Source: Candidatus Dojkabacteria bacterium (GTDB lineage Bacteria; Patescibacteriota; Dojkabacteria; JAOAGR01). Taken from it: a stretch of DNA of 64,000 nucleotides. The translations under genes and the position numbers were made by a program. The stretch lies in contig AP026679.1 of the NCBI GenBank assembly GCA_025999155.1, positions 514,135 through 578,134 of the forward strand, written 5' to 3'. Positions 58,707-64,000 of the stretch are shown here, one piece after another. The notes under the pieces were generated by a model. The model searched no databases, had not been told where the DNA came from, and saw only the letters and a program-made list of their open reading frames with translations. Every line of letters starts with the position of its first letter. Positions within the stretch are counted from its first letter, which is position 1.

Positions 58707-60014
58707 TTATAATAATAAGTAAGACTCAGCTATAGCTGGTACATAATAATTTAGAATGTATTTTTTGCCAAGATGCTGACACTCCACTATAAAAACATAA
58801 ACTGGTTGAATGTATTTTGAAAATATCGGCTCTTCATAAAAGGCTAGCTTTACAGTGAGAACATCAACTAATTCTACTCCTTCAAGTGATTGGGGTTCAA
58901 TATCTACACCAGTAGCTGAGTCTTTTGCGGATATAAGAAAAGCTTCATGATTGGTTAATCTTTTATATGCCTCTTGTGGAGTTATAATAGGGTAAGTTTG
59001 TATATCTTGATTTTTCATAGGATCAGAGGTGCTGATGGGCCATGCATATAATTTCAATTCGACTAATTGATCAAGCACTTTTGTGTTTTTTGTATCAAAT
59101 TGATCTCGTAGATCGCTGTTTATTAATATTATGTAGATGTTTGAAACTCCATCTTCTGGGTAGACCGCATAAGCCTTTGATTTTGAGTCTCCCTTAGATA
59201 AGTTTGGATAAGACCTTATTGCTTCGATCCTATAATATGAACTTTGAGAGGTTTCACTTATTACGAATTTATTTTTGACAGGATCATAATTAAGGTATTG
59301 TATGGTAAAAATATATGAATCTAATGGGAAAGAATATTTAAATTCAACAAGCACTCTTCTGAATAAATTTTTAAGAATGTCTTGGTTAACGTTTGTCAGA
59401 ATCGTTGTGGTGTACTGAGGTGTAGCAGATGTTTTAAGATTTTCATTAGAATACTCTATAGTCTTATATTGACCATTAATGAGTAGTTTTCTGCCACCTT
59501 CTTGCCAGAGTCGCGTAGTATTCGATATCTCTTGTGGAGATTGAGAAAAATTTAATTCTCGTGCAATTCTTAAGGGTTCTTGGGTAGTACTTAAGTCTAT
59601 CGGTTGCTCTATTATACGATATACATTTGCAATAGGAGACTGCGTATTCTCTAACGGGTAGCCATTTTCAGCGTTTAAGTTTCCGGACACAGTACTTATC
59701 CGAAATCTACTTGGTTTGAAGTCTTCAAAGCCTGATTTAGTTTTCAAATTCAAGGGAGGTATTGGGCCGTACCCCACTTCAGGCTTTATTGCACCAACTT
59801 CTACATCTTTGACTGCTAGGCTGTCAGATACAAGTTGAAATATACGTATCCCTGTACATATTACTAGTATAAAGGCCAAAGCGACGAAAACTCTTTTTGT
59901 CCAATATATGTCAGTATATAAACTCACGTAATATTCTAACATACATATATGAAATGTGAATTTATATTTTGTGTTTTGTTTGTTATTCACAATGAATAAC
60001 ACTTTGATTCTCAA
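58707..60014 (-). CDS. Hypothetical membrane-anchored extracytoplasmic protein
   Basis: 435 aa. An N-terminal region with a TM (VFVALAFILVICTGIRIF) is followed by a large, probably extracellular domain. It is divergent from the LCP gene. Confidence 0.5.
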   Translation of the reverse strand: MRIKVLFIVNNKQNTKYKFTFHICMLEYYVSLYTDIYWTKRVFVALAFILVICTGIRIFQLVSDSLAVKDVEVGAIKPEVGYGPIPPLNLKTKSGFEDFKPSRFRISTVSGNLNAENGYPLENTQSPIANVYRIIEQPIDLSTTQEPLRIARELNFSQSPQEISNTTRLWQEGGRKLLINGQYKTIEYSNENLKTSATPQYTTTILTNVNQDILKNLFRRVLVEFKYSFPLDSYIFTIQYLNYDPVKNKFVISETSQSSYYRIEAIRSYPNLSKGDSKSKAYAVYPEDGVSNIYIILINSDLRDQFDTKNTKVLDQLVELKLYAWPISTSDPMKNQDIQTYPIITPQEAYKRLTNHEAFLISAKDSATGVDIEPQSLEGVELVDVLTVKLAFYEEPIFSKYIQPVYVFIVECQHLGKKYILNYYVPAIAESYLLL

Positions 60015-60108
60015 GGGGAAAGTGAATAAAAATAGAGGTGATTTGTTATAATCAGAAGAATACAGTATTATTCATTGAGTTTAGTAGTCTAATACAAAGT
60101 CTAATGTT

Positions 60109-61671
60109 ATGAAGTTGAGTAGCATAAAAGGGGCGACTGGGCATAAAATAAGATCCTCTAAAAAAAGTAAGAAACAGAGTATTCATAATAATTATCGGAA
60201 TAATATTCCTAAGGTCTCTTTATATAATTTATCAGGTTTATTTGCTGCTGCATCTAAAAATTCCGTTTTGCGTAAAGGTACAGTGCTTAGTGTGCTTGCA
60301 ATATTAGTCTTTGTTATATCATTTAGTTTTTTCTTCGGTCTTCAAAAATTTAAAAATATTCAGTCAACAGGTATTGAGAACATTGATGTATTTGATCTTT
60401 TGGATATTGGTAATGCTGCATCTCATCAAGCCGGGAACAATAGCTTAGGTAGATTAAATCAAACAAATGGAAAAACTAATGTTTTAATTATTGGTGTAGA
60501 TACGCGTTCTAAAGGTCAATCCCTTTTAACTGATAGTATAATTGTTTTCTCTTACGATCATAGAGATAACTCAGCTCTACAAATTTCAATTCCACGAGAT
60601 TTAAGAGTTCGATACGGTAATGGTTATACCAAAATTAACTCTGTGTTCTCATTTGCATATTCAGATGGAGTAATGCCAAGGAATACAAATAACAATGATG
60701 CTTTTAAAAAAGGATTTGATGAGCTAATTGCGTCTATCCACGAAGTTACAGGGCTTGATATTCACTACGGGGTAATGGTAAATTTCCTCGCTTTTAAAGA
60801 AATTATTGATGTATTAGGTGGTATAGATGTTTATGTTGAAACACCCTTTACTGACTACACTTATCCAAATGATTATGATACTGGTGTGATGACAGTTTCT
60901 TTTGAACAAGGTTTGCAAACTATGGATGGGAAAAGAGCTTTACAATTTGTAAGGTCACGACATGGCAATAATGGTGAGGGAAGTGATTATGCAAGATCTA
61001 AAAGACAACAGATTGTGATTAATGCAATAAGGGAGAAAATAAACAAAACGGACATATTGTCAAAACCAGAGTTGATTTATGGTATTGTGGATAGTTTGCT
61101 TAAAAATGTGAGGTTATACAAGGTCGATAAAATAGTTATTGAATCAGTTGTTAGTAGTAAAAATATACTTAGCAATACTCAAATAATAGGTATAGTTCTG
61201 GATCCTTATGCAGGCAGTTATTTGGGGCAATTGTTTAAAACTGGGGAAATGGAGGATATTGGCTGGCATATCTATCCGACAAAAGGTGATTTTACAAATG
61301 TAAATAATTACATTGCTATCATTAATGGCAATAGAGGACTTGCTGCCGAAAAAGCTCAAGTTATGCTTATTTATTCTGATATTAAACGTTATAACGATTA
61401 CGTTAAGATGAAAAAGTTATTCTTTGAGTACTATTTACCATTTGAATTCAATGACTATGTCTATAACATTGACACCATAGTCAACTCGGAAAACGATGAT
61501 CCTTCTGGAGTTATAATCTATTCTGATGGGCAAAAGAACGCTACTCTCGATTTTTACAAATCTTTGCTAGATAAAGCCGGTATTCACTATAGAATCGAAC
61601 AAAGCTCATCTGCTCCGAGAGATCTATATAAAATGACAAAAGAAAAGAATGTAGTGATTTTGTTAAATTAG
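60109..61671 (+). CDS. LCP family (LytR-CpsA-Psr) cell-wall glycopolymer phosphotransferase
   Basis: An N-terminal basic cytoplasmic tail and a TM, then VLIIGVDTRSKGQSLLTDSIIVFSYDHRDNSALQISIPRDLRV...GYTKINSVFSF and RSRHGNNGEGSDYARSKRQQ (LCP core with conserved Arg/Asp). Confidence 0.75.
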   Translation: MKLSSIKGATGHKIRSSKKSKKQSIHNNYRNNIPKVSLYNLSGLFAAASKNSVLRKGTVLSVLAILVFVISFSFFFGLQKFKNIQSTGIENIDVFDLLDIGNAASHQAGNNSLGRLNQTNGKTNVLIIGVDTRSKGQSLLTDSIIVFSYDHRDNSALQISIPRDLRVRYGNGYTKINSVFSFAYSDGVMPRNTNNNDAFKKGFDELIASIHEVTGLDIHYGVMVNFLAFKEIIDVLGGIDVYVETPFTDYTYPNDYDTGVMTVSFEQGLQTMDGKRALQFVRSRHGNNGEGSDYARSKRQQIVINAIREKINKTDILSKPELIYGIVDSLLKNVRLYKVDKIVIESVVSSKNILSNTQIIGIVLDPYAGSYLGQLFKTGEMEDIGWHIYPTKGDFTNVNNYIAIINGNRGLAAEKAQVMLIYSDIKRYNDYVKMKKLFFEYYLPFEFNDYVYNIDTIVNSENDDPSGVIIYSDGQKNATLDFYKSLLDKAGIHYRIEQSSSAPRDLYKMTKEKNVVILLN

Positions 61672-62471
61672 GGTTGTATGCAATTAGTCCAAATGTTTTG
61701 AACCTCGTCTAGTTCTTCTATGGTTTCTATAAATTTCTCGACATCGTTATAATGTTGTGGGTCAATTGTTATCGGTGTAGTTGATTCCTTAATTAGTCCC
61801 GCTTCATAAATTTCGTACCCTAGTGATTCTATCAATTTTTTGATGTTGTGTAGTTTTGGATATTCAGTTTTTATTTGTAAACCTATTTCGTCAGCGATTA
61901 CGTCAATGAGTCCTTCATGATCAAGCAAGTTAAGTATAAACTCTTCTGCATTTTCTCGTTTTAATCGTATCTTGTTATTAGTATTTCGATCTTTCCATGT
62001 TTGTTTATCTTCGTTTTGATCTTGTGTGGAGGCTTCGAATCTAATGAGTATGTTGCCTATTGTTCGAAATTGCCATGAGACTGCTCCAGATTCGGTAAAT
62101 CTCCCTCCATGTTTTTCCACAGCATGACGAACTTCACTTAAAGTCCTATTTTTATTATCTGTAATGCAATCAATCAATATAGCTACGTTATGGGGACCAT
62201 AAGCTTCATATGTTACTTCTTCTATTTTTGTACCTCCTGATGTATTACCTAAACCTCGGTTAATAGCTCTTTGGATATTATCGTTCGGCATATTTATAGA
62301 TTTTGCCTTTTCGATAGCGAGCGCTAATGAAGGATTACTATCAGGATCGCCCCCCCCATTTTGGGCAGCTACGGTAATCATCTGTGCTACCTTAGTAAAC
62401 ATTTTTGCTTTTGCAGCGTCATTTGCTGCTTTTTTTCTTTTTATAGTGCTCCATTTAGAATGACCAGACAT
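61668..62471 (-). CDS. yebC: YebC/PmpR family DNA-binding transcriptional regulator
   Basis: MSGHSKWSTIKRKKAANDAAKAKMFTKVAQMITVAAQNGGGDP is the hallmark N-terminus. The protein is 267 aa and has a ~30-aa charged insertion. Confidence 0.9.
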   Translation of the reverse strand: MSGHSKWSTIKRKKAANDAAKAKMFTKVAQMITVAAQNGGGDPDSNPSLALAIEKAKSINMPNDNIQRAINRGLGNTSGGTKIEEVTYEAYGPHNVAILIDCITDNKNRTLSEVRHAVEKHGGRFTESGAVSWQFRTIGNILIRFEASTQDQNEDKQTWKDRNTNNKIRLKRENAEEFILNLLDHEGLIDVIADEIGLQIKTEYPKLHNIKKLIESLGYEIYEAGLIKESTTPITIDPQHYNDVEKFIETIEELDEVQNIWTNCIQP

Positions 62472-62528
62472 GCGTTTACATCTATCCGGGAATTATAGAA
62501 TACGGTAGTTTAAAAAGTAAAGTTTGTA

Positions 62529-63056
62529 TTAAATATTATCATGTTGATATTTACGAACCAATTCAATCATATATTTGCTTATTTTACCCCATCTTTGGAA
62601 TTTATAAGCCATCTCTTCCACATCAAAGAAATCTCGTGCAAGGATATAGCCAGTAGCGGGATCCTTAGTTTGTGGTAGAATTTTTGCTATTTTTGCAACA
62701 AACCACATTTCCGTATGTTTTCTTACAAACCTTGTAATATGATTTATAAACTCAATTTCTAGAAATCCAATTAGTTTGTAATTTTTAATTTCTATATCAG
62801 CTTCCTCTTGTAGCTCCCTTTTTAAAGCAAGTATTGGATTTTCTCCATCTTCAACCGTGCCGCCTGGTACCATCCAATATACTATACCGTCATGTGATAC
62901 CATGCATACCAAATTTTCATCATTTAGTGCAATGCATCGGACTTTTCTAATGTTGTCAAAGTATTTAGAATCTAACAACTCATTTGTTGGATAAAATTTA
63001 TAGTGCATGATTTTACTCTTCATGCGTCGTTTATATTCAATGAACTTTAGTGACAT
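62529..63056 (-). CDS. NUDIX hydrolase
   Basis: Nudix box GGTVEDGENPILALKRELQEEADIE (GGx5Ex7REUxEExGU). Confidence 0.8.
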   Translation of the reverse strand: MSLKFIEYKRRMKSKIMHYKFYPTNELLDSKYFDNIRKVRCIALNDENLVCMVSHDGIVYWMVPGGTVEDGENPILALKRELQEEADIEIKNYKLIGFLEIEFINHITRFVRKHTEMWFVAKIAKILPQTKDPATGYILARDFFDVEEMAYKFQRWGKISKYMIELVRKYQHDNI

Positions 63057-63073
63057 AACTTAATAGTATAAAT

Positions 63074-63733
63074 CTAATATGTGTATTCGTTAAGTTTTTT
63101 TGTGGTTATGAGTAGGTTCTTTTGACAAACATCAGTTAATGGACAATGACTACAATCAGGATTTTTAGGATGACAATATTCTCTTCCTAGCGCAATGAGT
63201 TGTTTTGGTAGGCTGGTCCAGTATTTTTTGGGTATGATATGTATGAGATCTCTTTCTATTTTTTCTGGATTTGTATGTTTTGTCCATCCCAGTCGATAGC
63301 TTACGCGTTTAATGTGTGTGTCTACGACAAAACCTTGTGGCTTTTTATAGTAGTCTGAAAGAATGACATTTGCTACTTTGCGTCCTACTCCAGGTAGGCT
63401 TAACAAGTCATCCATATTGTCTGGGACTTTACCTTGAAATTTAATGTTTAGTATTTGAGCCGTTTGGATAATATTCCGAGCTTTTGTTTTATAGTAATTT
63501 ATAGATTTTATTATCCTAGCAACATCCTCAATCTTGGCGTTAGCCAGTGTTTCTGGATCAGGAAATCTGCTGAATAAATCTGGTGTTACTTTATTTACTA
63601 AATTATCTGTTGTTTGAGCAGATAAGATAACAGCAATAATAAATTCAAATGCATTTTGATGCTTAAGAAAGGGATGCACATTCCCATACTTTTTAGCAAG
63701 TATTTTAATAGCCGAATTGATTTGTTCTTGCAT
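63074..63733 (-). CDS. nth: Endonuclease III (HhH-GPD DNA glycosylase with [4Fe-4S] cluster)
   Basis: HhH LPGVGRKVANVILS. Cluster loop CHPKNPDCSHCPLTDVC (C-x6-C-x2-C-x5-C). The start is set at the internal Met (MQEQINSAIKIL). The 5' extension of the longer ORF (to 63904) looks non-coding. Confidence 0.8.
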   Translation of the reverse strand: MQEQINSAIKILAKKYGNVHPFLKHQNAFEFIIAVILSAQTTDNLVNKVTPDLFSRFPDPETLANAKIEDVARIIKSINYYKTKARNIIQTAQILNIKFQGKVPDNMDDLLSLPGVGRKVANVILSDYYKKPQGFVVDTHIKRVSYRLGWTKHTNPEKIERDLIHIIPKKYWTSLPKQLIALGREYCHPKNPDCSHCPLTDVCQKNLLITTKKLNEYTY

Positions 63734-64000
63734 TTCTGGTATACACTCTTTAACTACTAGGCCAATTATACAGTGAAACCGATAATAGCCTAAGATTCTA
63801 AACGGAACAAGATAATCTATGGTTGTGTCATCGTATGTGTTTTTAAGCATAAAATGAAAATAATTGGCTATGTGTCTGTGCACTAAAAGAATGCAATAAT
63901 TCAATAATTACTTTCATGAATGCATACAGAGCACAAGGTGATTCAGTTAATAAACTAATAGTGGGTTGTATTAGTGCTGACTCCGGTGGTGGATTCAGTG

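Noticed and set aside
63917-64000. Plus-strand ORF start at the right edge (MNAYRAQGDSVNKLIVGCISADSGGGFS...)
   Set aside because: Only 28 codons are visible. SADSGGG is reminiscent of a PP-loop (SGGxDS) but does not match it. It is too short to call.

Overview
This is a gene-dense, low-GC (about 35%) bacterial chromosomal segment that reads cleanly under the standard genetic code; UGA behaves as a stop in every long ORF. About 50 protein genes are present, mostly small housekeeping proteins, several with lineage-specific insertions. The gene content is consistent with a reduced, Gram-positive-like or Patescibacteria/CPR-type organism, but that assignment is tentative. Supporting content includes murT-gatD, murG, an LCP ligase, glmS, a CapA-like protein, glycosyltransferases, lamin-tail-domain and LamG surface proteins, a VirD4/VirB4-like T4SS ATPase, and broken classical synteny, for example rplS lying far from trmD.

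Housekeeping calls:
- rpoD (partial, runs off the left edge), rplS, ppa, pyrD, trmD, yidC-jag, murG, dnaE, glyQS, an M24 peptidase, rho, glmS, a class IV aminotransferase, an M20 peptidase, lysS
- a MacB/FtsX-type ABC pair, ftsH, an archaeal-type aspS, an LCP protein, yebC, a NUDIX hydrolase, nth
- two minus-strand tRNAs: Cys-GCA and Gly-GCC

Unusual items:
- A GT2 glycosyltransferase split by a +1 frameshift at an A4 run.
- An operon-like cluster on the minus strand: an unrecognisable 380-aa protein, a small 2-TM ORF, and an orphan GAF-histidine kinase with no response regulator.
- A second unrecognisable 441-aa gene, also GC-elevated, isolated by long spacers.
- A decayed tandem duplication of about 1.05 kb containing the aspS 5' end and a small membrane-protein gene.
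- A LamG surface protein carrying 21 copies of an 18-bp coding repeat, followed by 1.57 kb with no ORF.
- A class-2-architecture PyrD whose catalytic-base position reads Cys.
- A degenerate AstE/AspA-like pseudoenzyme.
- An N/Q/S-rich insertion in Rho.

No CRISPR array, transposase, integrase or recognisable defence genes were seen. Everything here comes from reading the sequence by eye and from motif recall; no database searches were run.
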